In this document: piece by piece, positions 47,253 through 56,350 of the stretch
Layout: every line of letters begins with the position of its first letter
Position numbering within the stretch: the stretch's first letter is position 1
Assembly: GCA_964420405.1 (NCBI GenBank)
Contig: CAYQTL010000005.1
Span: forward strand, 8,548-72,547
DNA length: 64,000 nt
Origin: an uncultured Thermoanaerobaculia bacterium
Lineage (GTDB): Bacteria; Acidobacteriota; Thermoanaerobaculia; Thermoanaerobaculales; Sulfomarinibacteraceae
Direction: 5' to 3'
Program-made: the position numbers and the translations under genes
The notes under the pieces: generated by a model
What the model was told of the DNA's origin: nothing
The model's database searches: none
The model's input: the letters and a program-made list of their open reading frames with translations, nothing else

Positions 47253-48119
47253 ATGAAGGTCTGGCTGGGGACGGTGACGGCGCTGCTTCTCGCGGCGCCG
47301 TGGGCGGACGCCCAACCGGCGGACTCGCGCGCGTGGCAGCAGCGCCTCGAGGTCGCGATCCCGGTACCGGTCCCGGTGGTGGAGCTGGAGACGGTGAACC
47401 CTTTCGCCGCCGACCTCGAGGTCGCACCGAAGCTTCTCGCCGCCCGGCCTCCCGATCGGATGGACCTGCGGGTCCACGCGGCGGCCGCCGTCTACGTCGA
47501 CGCCGACGGCGAGGGCCGCGGCGCGGTGCCCCTCGAGCTGCCGTTCCCCGGCGTCGCCGCCGAGCTGGTGGGCGAGCTGACCGGGAGCAGGTTCGAGCCA
47601 GCGCGCATCGGCCAGCAGGCGCAGCCGTCGTGGCCGGTCGTGGAGCTCCTGCTCGCGGGCCGGATCACGAGCGGCATCGTGCTCGACCAGCGGCTCGAGC
47701 AGCCCGACCCTGCGGCGCCGCCGCAGCCGTCGCCGCCGACGCGGATCGCGCCGCCCGGCAACCTGGCCGGCCTGCCGGCCGCCGAGCCGGCCAGATGGAC
47801 GACGCCGCCGGTCCCGAAACGGGTCCGGGTGCGGCTCGGCGGTCGGGAGGCGGAGGTGTCGCTTCGCGCCCTGGTGCAGATCGAGGCGGACGGCACCTGC
47901 TCGCGATTCGTTCCGCTGGACGTGCCCACCGGGATGCGATCGTGGCTGGGCGCCTACCTCGCCACCTGGAAGCTCGACCCGGCTCGGGACGGGTCGGGGC
48001 CGGTCACGGCGTGGGCGACGCTCACGGCGAGGGTCCGCTTCGACCTGGCGAAGTTCACCACCGAGGCGGCGCGGGTCGCCGCCGACCGGGTGTACGACCC
48101 GGCCGCCGACGGCGGCTGA
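47253..48119 (+). CDS. Hypothetical periplasmic protein with two TonB-C-like segments
   Basis: Signal peptide MKVWLGTVTALLLAAPWADA, Pro-rich linker (PDPAAPPQPSPPTRIAPP), and two beta-rich segments of about 90 aa. Family by resemblance only. Confidence 0.65.
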   Translation: MKVWLGTVTALLLAAPWADAQPADSRAWQQRLEVAIPVPVPVVELETVNPFAADLEVAPKLLAARPPDRMDLRVHAAAAVYVDADGEGRGAVPLELPFPGVAAELVGELTGSRFEPARIGQQAQPSWPVVELLLAGRITSGIVLDQRLEQPDPAAPPQPSPPTRIAPPGNLAGLPAAEPARWTTPPVPKRVRVRLGGREAEVSLRALVQIEADGTCSRFVPLDVPTGMRSWLGAYLATWKLDPARDGSGPVTAWATLTARVRFDLAKFTTEAARVAADRVYDPAADGG

Positions 48120-48143
48120 CCCCGTCCGCCGCCAGCACGCCCG

Positions 48144-50051
48144 TCAGCCGCCGCGTCGGACCTGCCGCTCGTTGCCCCGCCGGACCGTCACCCGCTCGGC
48201 GTCGAGCCACTCCAGGATCGGGATCGCGAGCTTGCGGGTGAGACCGAACCGCTCCTTGAAGTCGCCCACGGCGAAGGTGTCGACGCCCCACGTCCGCACG
48301 CCCTGCGCGATCTCGTCGAGCGTGCCCCGGTGGATCAGGATCCGTCCCTCGAGGCGCACGAGCACGCCGCGCTGGTGGAGGAAGCGGCAGATGCCCTCGA
48401 CCGTCGCCGGCCGCGCCTGGAGAGTCTGGGCTACGGACTGGGGCGACGGCGGGTCGACCCCGGCGTCCCGGTAGGCCCGGTCGACCCGGCGGGTCAGCTC
48501 GGCGCCCTCCTGCGTCATGTGGCTGCTGCGGCCCGGCGGAACCACCCGCCCCTCGACCAGCGCCACCGCCCCGCGGGCCGCGAGGAGCTCGAGGTAGACC
48601 GCCGCGTGAAGACGCCCGGCGCGGGGCAGCAGCGACGCCGCGAAGTCCCTCGCCGGCACGCCGGCGGACACCTCCTCCCCCGCCAGCCGCCGGTCGAGCT
48701 CGTCGCGCGCCGCTCGCTCGAAGGCGTCGAGCCGCGCCGTCGCGACCAGGCGTCTCGGCTGGGTCGGCAGGACCCGCACGGCGTCGGCCGCCACCAGCCG
48801 GCCGAGCGGGGCCTCGACCGCCGCCGCCAGCACCCCCAGGCGGCCGGCGAGCTCGTCCACCGCGGGAGCCGCCAGGCCGGCGCGGTCCACCCACCAGCCG
48901 AGCAGCTCCGGCCATGCGCCGCGCGCACCCGAGGGTACCCCGGCGAGGCCGGCGCTGTCCCGGCGCCGCCACCGCGGCAGCCTGGTGTCGAGCACGACCC
49001 CGCCGGCGAAGGTGTTCACCGGCGCCGGCCGGCGCAGCACGAACCTGTCGCCGGGGAACAGCAGCATCGCCGACCGCAGCGACAGCTGGGCGACGCCGCT
49101 CGCGCCGGGTGCCAGCGGGCGCTCTGCGAGCCTCTCGACCCGGGCCGGAACCCGGCTCGCCAGGGCGTGCAGCTCGACCTCGTCGCCCTCGTCCAGGGCT
49201 CCGGGGGCGCCGTCGAGCAGCTCGATCCGGACGGTGACCATCGAGGTCGAGCGCCACGGGCCGGGCGACATGACCTGGTGGCCCCGCTCGAGCCGCCCGC
49301 GGTCCACGCCGACGAGGTTGACCGCCACCCGCTCGCCGGCCTCGACGCGGTCGCGCTCCTCGCCGTGGACGTGCAGCCGGCGCACCCGGGCGACGGCGCC
49401 GAGGGGCTCGACGGCGATCTCGGCGCCGACCTCGAGCCGGCCCCACAGGGACGTGCCGGTGACGACGGTCCCGGCGCCCGTCAGGCTGAAGACGCGGTCG
49501 ATCGCCTGGCGGTACGGCCGGTCTTCGACCTGGTGGGGGCGGGCGGTGGCCGACTGGGCGAGGAGCACCTCGCGCAGACGCTCGATCCCCTCGCCGCTGG
49601 CGGACGAGACCGGCACCACCGGCACGTCCTCGAACGGCGTACCGGCCAGGGTCTCCTCGATCTCGGCCACCGCCAGCTCCACCAGGTCGGACTCCACCAG
49701 GTCGACCTTGGTCACGGCCACCGCCCCGCCGGGGACGCCCATCAGGCGGATCACCTCGAGGTGCTCGCGCGTCTGGGGCATGACCCCCTCGTCGGCGGCC
49801 ACCACCAGCAGCGCCAGGTCGATCCCGGAGGCGCCCGCGATCATGGTGTGGACCAGCCGCTCGTGGCCCGGCACGTCGACGAAGTGCAGTCTCGTCCCGT
49901 CCGAGTCGAGGCGGGCGAACCCGAGCTCGATGGTGATCCCGCGGCTGCGCTCCTCGGGCAGGCGGTCGCAGTCGGTCCCGGTGAGGGCCCGCACCAGCGA
50001 GGTCTTGCCATGGTCGATGTGACCGGCGGTTCCGTACACCACGTGCCGCAT
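48144..50051 (-). CDS. selB: Selenocysteine-specific translation elongation factor
   Basis: GTPase motifs [21 protein letters not shown] and TKVDL. 635 aa with a C-terminal winged-helix extension, as expected for SelB. Confidence 0.9.
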   Translation of the reverse strand: MRHVVYGTAGHIDHGKTSLVRALTGTDCDRLPEERSRGITIELGFARLDSDGTRLHFVDVPGHERLVHTMIAGASGIDLALLVVAADEGVMPQTREHLEVIRLMGVPGGAVAVTKVDLVESDLVELAVAEIEETLAGTPFEDVPVVPVSSASGEGIERLREVLLAQSATARPHQVEDRPYRQAIDRVFSLTGAGTVVTGTSLWGRLEVGAEIAVEPLGAVARVRRLHVHGEERDRVEAGERVAVNLVGVDRGRLERGHQVMSPGPWRSTSMVTVRIELLDGAPGALDEGDEVELHALASRVPARVERLAERPLAPGASGVAQLSLRSAMLLFPGDRFVLRRPAPVNTFAGGVVLDTRLPRWRRRDSAGLAGVPSGARGAWPELLGWWVDRAGLAAPAVDELAGRLGVLAAAVEAPLGRLVAADAVRVLPTQPRRLVATARLDAFERAARDELDRRLAGEEVSAGVPARDFAASLLPRAGRLHAAVYLELLAARGAVALVEGRVVPPGRSSHMTQEGAELTRRVDRAYRDAGVDPPSPQSVAQTLQARPATVEGICRFLHQRGVLVRLEGRILIHRGTLDEIAQGVRTWGVDTFAVGDFKERFGLTRKLAIPILEWLDAERVTVRRGNERQVRRGG

Positions 50052-50405
50052 CCCGACATCCTACCGCGAGCCTGCGTCCGAGGCTGGTCCCGATCACCTT
50101 CCCGCCGCCGCTCCCGCTCCCCGTTCCCGATGCTCGCTGTCCGCGGCGCTCGCGGCCCACGGCCGCGGCGACGGCCCCGGGTGACCGAGTGGCAGCACGC
50201 CGTCGCCCACCTCTCCTGGCGGCGGCCTTCCATCCGTCCACTCGGGGGGAGCCCCGCTCGCTCCTCCCCATGGCAACCGGCTCGGCTCCCGGCTCGCTGC
50301 GACCCGGTCGATGGGGACCTCCCGTCGGGACCGGGATCGGAGCCGGCAACGGGGAGGTGGCCGCCCGCCAGCACGGGCGCCGGCCGTCCGCGCTACCCTG
50401 CACCC

Positions 50406-50966
50406 ATGGCCGACGCCCGCGAGACCGAGCTGAAGATCCCGGTCGACGACCTCGAAGCGGTCCGCCGTCGGCTCGCCGCCGCCGGCGCCGTCCGCGTCCA
50501 TCCCGAGGCACGCGAGGTCAATCTGCTGCTGGACACGCCCGATCGCCGCCTGGCGGCCGCCCGGTGCGCGCTGCGACTGCGCCGCTGGGGCGAAGGGTGC
50601 TGGCTGACGTACAAGGGCCCGCCGAGCTGGGAGGGCGACGTCAAGTGCCGCGAGGAGCACGAGACCGAGGTCGGCGACCCGGAAGCCGTCGAGCGGATCC
50701 TCGGTGGGCTCGGCTTCGCGCGCGCGGTGCGCTACGACAAGGACCGGGAGCGCTGGCGGGCCGGACAGGTCACGGTCGAGCTGGACCGGACGCCGATGGG
50801 CGCCTTCGTCGAGCTCGAGGGCCCCGTCGGGTTCCTCGCGGGGACCGCGCGCACCCTCGGGCTCGATCCGTCGCGGGCGGTGCCCGAGTCCTACCTGGCG
50901 CTGTGGCGCCGCCACCGCGAGCGACATCCCGAGCTCGGCCTGCCCGAGGACATGGTGATGCCGTGA
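50406..50966 (+). CDS. CYTH domain protein (CyaB-type class IV adenylate cyclase / triphosphatase fold)
   Basis: ETELKIPV start (ExExK), then ...ALRLRR...LTYKGP...REEHETEV...VELDRTPMGAFVELE. Confidence 0.85.
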   Translation: MADARETELKIPVDDLEAVRRRLAAAGAVRVHPEAREVNLLLDTPDRRLAAARCALRLRRWGEGCWLTYKGPPSWEGDVKCREEHETEVGDPEAVERILGGLGFARAVRYDKDRERWRAGQVTVELDRTPMGAFVELEGPVGFLAGTARTLGLDPSRAVPESYLALWRRHRERHPELGLPEDMVMP

Positions 50967-51943
50967 CCGTCCCGGCGGCGGCCATGATCCTGGCGGCCGG
51001 CCGCGGCGAGCGGATGCGGCCGCTGTCGGACGCCGTGCCCAAGCCCGCCCTGCCGCTGCCGTCGGGGCCGGTGGTGGGGTCCGCCCTGCGCCAGGCCGCC
51101 GCGTGCGGCGTGGTGCGGATCGCGGTCAACGCCTGGCACCTTGCGGACAGCCTCGAGGACGCGGTCCGCGCGGCGGCGCCGCGGAACGCGGCGGTCGCGG
51201 TGTGCCGGGAGCCGGTCCTGCTCGGCGGCGCGGGCGGGCTCGCCAACGCCCGCGAGCTGGGCCTGCTGGGCACCGGCGGGCCGGTCCTGGCGGTCAACGG
51301 CGACGTCCTGATCCACCTCGACCTCGAGCCGCTGCTGGAGCGCGCGGCGCGCGGTGACGACCTCGTCACCCTGGCGCTGATCCCGCACCTCGACCCCGCC
51401 CGGTGGGCTCGGGTCGGCCTCGACCCCGACGGCCTGGTGACCGGCTTCCATCCTCCTGGCACGACCGGCACGTGCGAGCTGCCGCTGCTGTACCCGGGGG
51501 CGATGGTCGTCTCCCGCGAGGCGCTCGACGGGCTGCCGGCGGGACCCGGTGGGATCATGGACCGGCTGTGGCGGCCCGCCCTCGACAGCCGCCGCCTCGG
51601 GGGAGTGGTCGTGCCGGGCCACTGGCGGGAGGTGGGCACGCCGGAGGACTACCTCGAGGCCGCGCTGGCCCGGCTCGACGGCACCGCGGTGGTGGACCCG
51701 ACGGCGCGGGTCCACCGGAAGGCGGCCGTCGGGGCCGCCTGGATCGGGCCCGGGGCGGTCGTCGCCGCCGGCGCCGTCGTCGGCGACGGTGTCGTCACCC
51801 ACGGCGCCCGCGTCGGCCGGAACGCACGGGTCTTCGGATCGGTGCTGCTCGGCCCGGTGAGCGTCGACGCCGGCGAGACGGCGACAGGGGTCTTCCGGGC
51901 GGCGGCGATCGCCGACCCGACCGCCGGAGGTCGCGCCGGCTGA
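50963..51943 (+). CDS. Sugar-phosphate nucleotidyltransferase with C-terminal hexapeptide-repeat region
   Basis: ILAAGRGERMRPLSDAVPKPALPL (NTP_transferase signature) with an LbH-like tail. GTGA overlap with the CYTH gene. Confidence 0.85.
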   Translation: MTVPAAAMILAAGRGERMRPLSDAVPKPALPLPSGPVVGSALRQAAACGVVRIAVNAWHLADSLEDAVRAAAPRNAAVAVCREPVLLGGAGGLANARELGLLGTGGPVLAVNGDVLIHLDLEPLLERAARGDDLVTLALIPHLDPARWARVGLDPDGLVTGFHPPGTTGTCELPLLYPGAMVVSREALDGLPAGPGGIMDRLWRPALDSRRLGGVVVPGHWREVGTPEDYLEAALARLDGTAVVDPTARVHRKAAVGAAWIGPGAVVAAGAVVGDGVVTHGARVGRNARVFGSVLLGPVSVDAGETATGVFRAAAIADPTAGGRAG

Positions 51944-51970
51944 CGTGCCGCCGCGCAGGTCGACGCCGGC

Positions 51971-52567
51971 TCACATCCCCTGCCGCCGCCACGAGGTCCA
52001 GCCGACCCGCCACGTCAGCGTCTTCACCCGGGCGGTGCCGCCGTACACCCGCAGCACCCGCATGCGGGACGCGTGGTCCGTGAGGTACACCGAGCCCGGC
52101 GTCGCGTGCCCGTCGGGGGTAAAGGTGAAGATGTCGCCGCGGCCCGCGCGGACCGGGTCACCGAGGTCGCCACCGAGAACGCCCTTGCCACCGGGATCCG
52201 GCACCCGGACGCCGCCGAGGATACCGGGTCCGGCCCCGCCCGGCTCCACCACCAGAACCTCGCCGAGGATCCGGTCGCGGCCGCCCTCGAGGTCGTCACG
52301 CCTGATGCCGTCGCCGTCGCCGTCCTCGGCGGCGAAGCAGCGCCAGCCCCCGACCGGGTTCCGCTCGAACACCAGCCCGGTGGCGCACTGTGACCGCAGC
52401 GCCCGCGCCCGACAGCAGAACATCAGCCCCTGGATCTTGTGCGCGGTGGCGCGCAGCGCGGCTGCCCGTCGCGCCTCGTCGAGACGTGGAGCCGCGATCG
52501 TCGCGGCCATCGCCGCCACGACCACCGCCACCACCACCTCCGTCACCGTCCAGCCGTCGTCTCGCAT
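51971..52567 (-). CDS. Prepilin-type N-terminal domain protein (GspH/FimT-like pseudopilin)
   Basis: MRDDG/WTVTEVVVAVVVAAMAATIAAPRL resembles a class III signal peptide plus hydrophobic helix. SD GGAGG upstream of ATG 52567. Confidence 0.65.
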   Translation of the reverse strand: MRDDGWTVTEVVVAVVVAAMAATIAAPRLDEARRAAALRATAHKIQGLMFCCRARALRSQCATGLVFERNPVGGWRCFAAEDGDGDGIRRDDLEGGRDRILGEVLVVEPGGAGPGILGGVRVPDPGGKGVLGGDLGDPVRAGRGDIFTFTPDGHATPGSVYLTDHASRMRVLRVYGGTARVKTLTWRVGWTSWRRQGM

Positions 52568-52582
52568 GACCACCTCCGGGTC

Positions 52583-52607
52583 GGAAGAAGCGGCCCCGAA
52601 GGGCCGC
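52583..52607 (-). terminator. Intrinsic terminator-like hairpin after comEA
   Basis: Minus strand GCGGCCC-UUCG-GGGCCGC followed by UUCUUCC. Confidence 0.55.
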
Positions 52608-52677
52608 GTCCCGTCCACGCTGCATGGGTTGTCGAACCGGGCGGGAGCGGCCTCCGCCGGCCCCGCCCGGGCGGAGC

Positions 52678-53010
52678 TCAGGACGCCGCTGCGTCGCTCC
52701 CGGTCCGCGGGCTGCGAACCTTCTCCGCCAGGGTGGTGTCGCCGTCGACGGCCAGGTACGGGCGCATCCGCTCCAGCGAGCGCTCGCCGATGCCGCGCAC
52801 CGCGACCAGCTCGTCGACGCTCGCGAACGGGCCGTTGGCCTCGCGGAACTCGACGATCCGCTCGGCGATCGACGGCCCGACCCGCGGCAGCAGCTGCAGC
52901 TGGTCGACGGTCGCCGTGTTGACGTTGACGGTGCCGGCGGCGCCCGCCGCCGCGGCCACGAGGGCCGCCGCGAGCACCACGACGGTCAGGGTGATGATTC
53001 TCGTCTGCAT
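52678..53010 (-). CDS. comEA: ComEA-type helix-hairpin-helix DNA-binding protein
   Basis: Signal anchor, then VNVNTATVDQLQLLPRVGPSIAERIVEFREANGPFASVDELVAVRGIGERSLERM. SD GAGGAGG. Confidence 0.88.
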   Translation of the reverse strand: MQTRIITLTVVVLAAALVAAAAGAAGTVNVNTATVDQLQLLPRVGPSIAERIVEFREANGPFASVDELVAVRGIGERSLERMRPYLAVDGDTTLAEKVRSPRTGSDAAAS

Positions 53011-53241
53011 CGTCGTCCTCCTCTGCTCATGGGTTGGTCGTACGGCTCCGGGTCGTCGGGTCCCGTCCTCTGGGGCACCTCCTCGCGCACGCCCCACCCA
53101 CAGCACGCCCCGTACCACCTTCGGGTCTCGACCCGAAATGACTTCAGAAGAGAGGCTTATACGCTGACGTGACAGTCAGGCCGGGACCCTGGGTGGCAAG
53201 GTCTTTTTCCATACAGCGGCGGTCCGACCGCCGCTCGCGGG

Positions 53242-53276
53242 TGTCAGGAATCCTGACAGTGACCGGCTGCTATACT
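53242..53276 (+). promoter_or_regulatory. 17-bp perfect palindrome TGTCAGGA-A-TCCTGACA adjacent to a TATACT -10-like box upstream of ubiX
   Basis: Palindrome at 53242-53258. TATACT at 53271-53276, 37 nt before the ubiX ATG. Related GTCAGG half-site within CTGACGTGACAGTCAGG at 53164-53180. Confidence 0.45.
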
Positions 53277-53312
53277 CCGGGGACGTGCGCGCGGCGGCGC
53301 ACGACCGATCCG

Positions 53313-53915
53313 ATGGAGCTCGCTCTCGTCCTCTCGGGTGCGTCGGGAACGACGCTGTCGGTCCGCTTCGCGGCCATGGCCCTGGCGTCGGCCGCGGTGG
53401 ACCGGCTCCACGTGGTGGTCACGGGGCCCGCGAGCAAGGTCCTGTCCCACGAGATCGGCCCGGAGTGGTCGTCGGCCCGGGCCTTCGCGCGCCGGCCCGA
53501 GCTGGGCGCGCCGGACCGCGTACGGCCCTGGGGCGACGCCGACCTCACGTCGCCGATCGCGTCGGGCTCGCACCGGCTCGCCGGGGTGGTGGTGCTGCCG
53601 TGCTCCGCCGGGATGGCAGGATCCCTCGCCCACGGCATCTCGCGAGGCCTCGGCCAGCGGGTCGCGGACGTCGCTCTGAAGCAACGCTGGCCGCTGGTGC
53701 TCGGGATCCGCGAGACGCCAATGTCGGAGATCCTGCTCGATAACCTCGCGCGGCTCGCCCGCGCCGGAGCCCACGTCGTGCCCCCGGTACCGGCGTTCTA
53801 CCTGCGGCCGGAGCCGGCCGACGCCATGACGGTCTTCGCCGACCACTACGCGATGCGCGTTCTCGACCTGCTCGGCGTCCCGGTCGGCCGCGACGACCTG
53901 CGGTGGGGCCGGTGA
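53313..53915 (+). CDS. ubiX: Flavin prenyltransferase UbiX
   Basis: LALVLSGASGTTL...VVLPCSAGMAGSLAHGISRGL..RVADVALKQRWPLVL..RETP. 200 aa. Confidence 0.9.
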   Translation: MELALVLSGASGTTLSVRFAAMALASAAVDRLHVVVTGPASKVLSHEIGPEWSSARAFARRPELGAPDRVRPWGDADLTSPIASGSHRLAGVVVLPCSAGMAGSLAHGISRGLGQRVADVALKQRWPLVLGIRETPMSEILLDNLARLARAGAHVVPPVPAFYLRPEPADAMTVFADHYAMRVLDLLGVPVGRDDLRWGR

Positions 53916-54793
53916 CGGGTCCGGCGGCGACGGCCGGGGTCCTCCGCGAGACCGGGCGGCTGGTGATGTTCCAGCACACGGTCTTCGCGCTGCCGTTCGC
54001 CGTCATCGCCCTGGTCACCGCCGCAGCACCGGGGTGGCCGTCGCCGCCGACCTGGCTGTGGGTGGGGGTGGCGATGGTCGCGGCGCGGACCGCGGCGATG
54101 GCGTTCAACCGCCTCGCCGACCACCGCTTCGACCTCCAGAACCCGCGCACGCGGGACCGCTCGCTGCCGGCCGGGCGGCTGTCGCGACGCTACGCCTGGA
54201 CCGTGACCGCGGTCGCGGCTGCCGCGTTCCTCGTCGCCGCCGGGATGCTCAACGGTCTGTGCCTCGCGCTCGCGCCGCCGACCCTCGCGGTGCTGCTCGG
54301 ATACTCGCTCGCGAAGCGGTTCACCGTGCTGTCGCACCTCTGGCTCGGCATCGCCCTCGGCCTCGCCCCGGTCGGGGCGTGGATCGCCGTCACCGGCGCC
54401 CCGGCGTGGCCGCCGGTCCTGCTCGGAGCCGCCGTCGCCCTGTGGGTCGCGGGCTTCGACGTCGTCTACGCCCTCCAGGACGAGGACTTCGACCGGCGGC
54501 ACGGTCTGAGCTCACTGCCGGCGGCGGTCGGGGCCCGGCGCGCGCTGCTGGCGTCGCGGGCGTTGCACGTTCTCGCCTTCGCCGGCTTCGCGGGATTCGC
54601 GCTCGTGGCCGGCGGCGGCTGGCTGCGGCTGGCGGCGGTGTCGGCCGCCGGCCTCGCCCTCGCGTGGCAGCACCGGCTGGTGCGGCCCGGTGACCTGCGA
54701 CGGGTCGACGCGGCGTTCTTCACCGCCAACGGCTCTCTCGCGGTCGTCATGATGGCGGCGTTCCTGTTTGCTAGGATGCGGGGAGCGGGATGA
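53903..54793 (+). CDS. ubiA: UbiA-family aromatic polyprenyltransferase (4-hydroxybenzoate polyprenyltransferase / MqnP-like)
   Basis: VMFQHTVFALPFA, NRLADHRFDLQNPRTRDR.LP and YALQDEDFD motifs, 8-9 TM helices. The start may be GTG 53912 (GTGA overlap with ubiX). Confidence 0.88.
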   Translation: MGPVTGPAATAGVLRETGRLVMFQHTVFALPFAVIALVTAAAPGWPSPPTWLWVGVAMVAARTAAMAFNRLADHRFDLQNPRTRDRSLPAGRLSRRYAWTVTAVAAAAFLVAAGMLNGLCLALAPPTLAVLLGYSLAKRFTVLSHLWLGIALGLAPVGAWIAVTGAPAWPPVLLGAAVALWVAGFDVVYALQDEDFDRRHGLSSLPAAVGARRALLASRALHVLAFAGFAGFALVAGGGWLRLAAVSAAGLALAWQHRLVRPGDLRRVDAAFFTANGSLAVVMMAAFLFARMRGAG

Positions 54794-55482
54794 CCGTGCC
54801 GCCGTTGCCGTTCCGTCACGTCGCGGTCGAGGGTCCGATCGGCGTGGGCAAGACGTCCCTCGTCCAGCTCCTGGCGGAGCGGTACGAGGGCGTGATGGTG
54901 CTCGAGGACATCACCAACCCGTTCCTGCCGTCGTTCTACGAGGGCCGCTCCGGGGCGGCCTTCCAGGTCCAGATCTACTTCCTCCTGTCGCGCTTCCAGC
55001 AGCAGCGCGAGATCGCGCAGATGAACCTGTTCCAGCGGCTCGTGCTGGCCGACTACACGTTCCCCAAGGACCGCATCTTCGCCTACCTGAACCTCGACGA
55101 CTCCGACCTGAAGATCTACGAGCGCCTCTACCCGGTGCTCGAGACCGAGGTTCCGAGGCCTGACCTCGTGATCTACATGCAGGCGTCGGTGCCGGTGCTG
55201 GTGGACCGCATCCGCCGCCGCGACCGCGACTACGAGCGCGGTATCGACCCCGACTACCTCGAGCGGCTCAGCGAGGCGTACTCCTACTACTTCTTCCACT
55301 ACCGGGAGACGCCATTGCTGGTCGTCAACACCGACGACATCGACTTCGTCAACCGCCCCGCCGACCTCGACGGTCTCATCGAGCAGATCGCGCGCTGCCG
55401 GCGTGGCACCCAGGTCTACGTGCCGCTCGGATCCCAACGGACCGAGACGATCCCCGGGACCGGTACCGGGGGCGTGCCGTGA
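54790..55482 (+). CDS. Deoxynucleoside kinase family protein
   Basis: VAVEGPIGVGKTSLVQLL, FQVQIYFLLSRF, DLVIYMQASVPVLVDRIRRRDRDYE. Confidence 0.88.
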   Translation: MTVPPLPFRHVAVEGPIGVGKTSLVQLLAERYEGVMVLEDITNPFLPSFYEGRSGAAFQVQIYFLLSRFQQQREIAQMNLFQRLVLADYTFPKDRIFAYLNLDDSDLKIYERLYPVLETEVPRPDLVIYMQASVPVLVDRIRRRDRDYERGIDPDYLERLSEAYSYYFFHYRETPLLVVNTDDIDFVNRPADLDGLIEQIARCRRGTQVYVPLGSQRTETIPGTGTGGVP

Positions 55483-55506
55483 GGGAGCGGGCGGCGGGAG
55501 GCGCAG

Positions 55507-56349
55507 ATGGCACGATCCGTCACCGTCCCTGAGGTCCGCGGGGCCAAGGGCGAGCGCACGCTCGTCATGCTCACCGCCTACGACGCCCCGACCGCCCGCT
55601 GGGGTGAGGCCGCGGGCGCCGACCTGCTGCTGGTGGGTGACTCGCTGGCGATGGTCGTCCTCGGCCACGACACCACCCTCGAGGTCACCCTCGATGAGAT
55701 GATCCACCACGCGCGCGCGGTGAGCCGCACCGCCCGCCGCTGCCTGGTGGTGGGCGACCTGCCGTTCGGTTCCTACCAGGCGTCGGTGGAGCAGGCGGTG
55801 GGCTCGGCGGTGCGGTTCCTGAAGGAGGCGGGGGTCCACGCCGTCAAGCTCGAGGGTGACTTCCCAGACCGCGTCGAGGCGATGGTGCGGGCCGGCATCC
55901 CGGTGATGGGTCACGTCGGCCTGACGCCGCAGTCGGTCCGCGCCTTCGGGGGCTACCGGGTCCAGGGACGCCGCCCCGAGGACGCCGAGGGGCTGCTCGC
56001 GGCGGCGCTGCGGCTCGAGCGCGCCGGCTGCTTCGCGCTGGTGCTCGAGGGCGTGCCCGCCGAGGTGGCGTCGGTGATCACAGAGGCGTTGGAGATCCCC
56101 ACCGTCGGCATCGGCGCCGGGCCGGGCTGCGACGGCCAGGTGCTGGTGGTCCACGACCTGCTGGGCATGTCGCCACCGCCCCGACCCCGCTTCGTTGCCC
56201 CCTACGCCGACCTGACGGAGGCCGCGGTCGCCGCCTTGCGGAGCTGGGCCGACGACGTCCGCGCCGGCCGGGTGCCGACCGCCGAGCAGTCCTACCACCT
56301 CGCCGGCGACGCCGCGGCCCGCTGGCGTGCCGACCACTCGGAGGCCTGA
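55507..56349 (+). CDS. panB: 3-methyl-2-oxobutanoate hydroxymethyltransferase
   Basis: MLTAYDAPTA, LLVGDSLAMVVLGHDTT, VKLEG, GHVGLTPQS, IGIGAG..CDGQVLV. Confidence 0.96.
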   Translation: MARSVTVPEVRGAKGERTLVMLTAYDAPTARWGEAAGADLLLVGDSLAMVVLGHDTTLEVTLDEMIHHARAVSRTARRCLVVGDLPFGSYQASVEQAVGSAVRFLKEAGVHAVKLEGDFPDRVEAMVRAGIPVMGHVGLTPQSVRAFGGYRVQGRRPEDAEGLLAAALRLERAGCFALVLEGVPAEVASVITEALEIPTVGIGAGPGCDGQVLVVHDLLGMSPPPRPRFVAPYADLTEAAVAALRSWADDVRAGRVPTAEQSYHLAGDAAARWRADHSEA

Positions 56350-56350
56350 G

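Noticed and set aside
50052-50405. tRNA-Sec (selC) in the large gap upstream of selB
   Set aside because: No GGTTCGA-type T-loop, no UCA anticodon loop context, and no long acceptor or variable arm could be drawn. The region is instead G-tract and C-tract rich.
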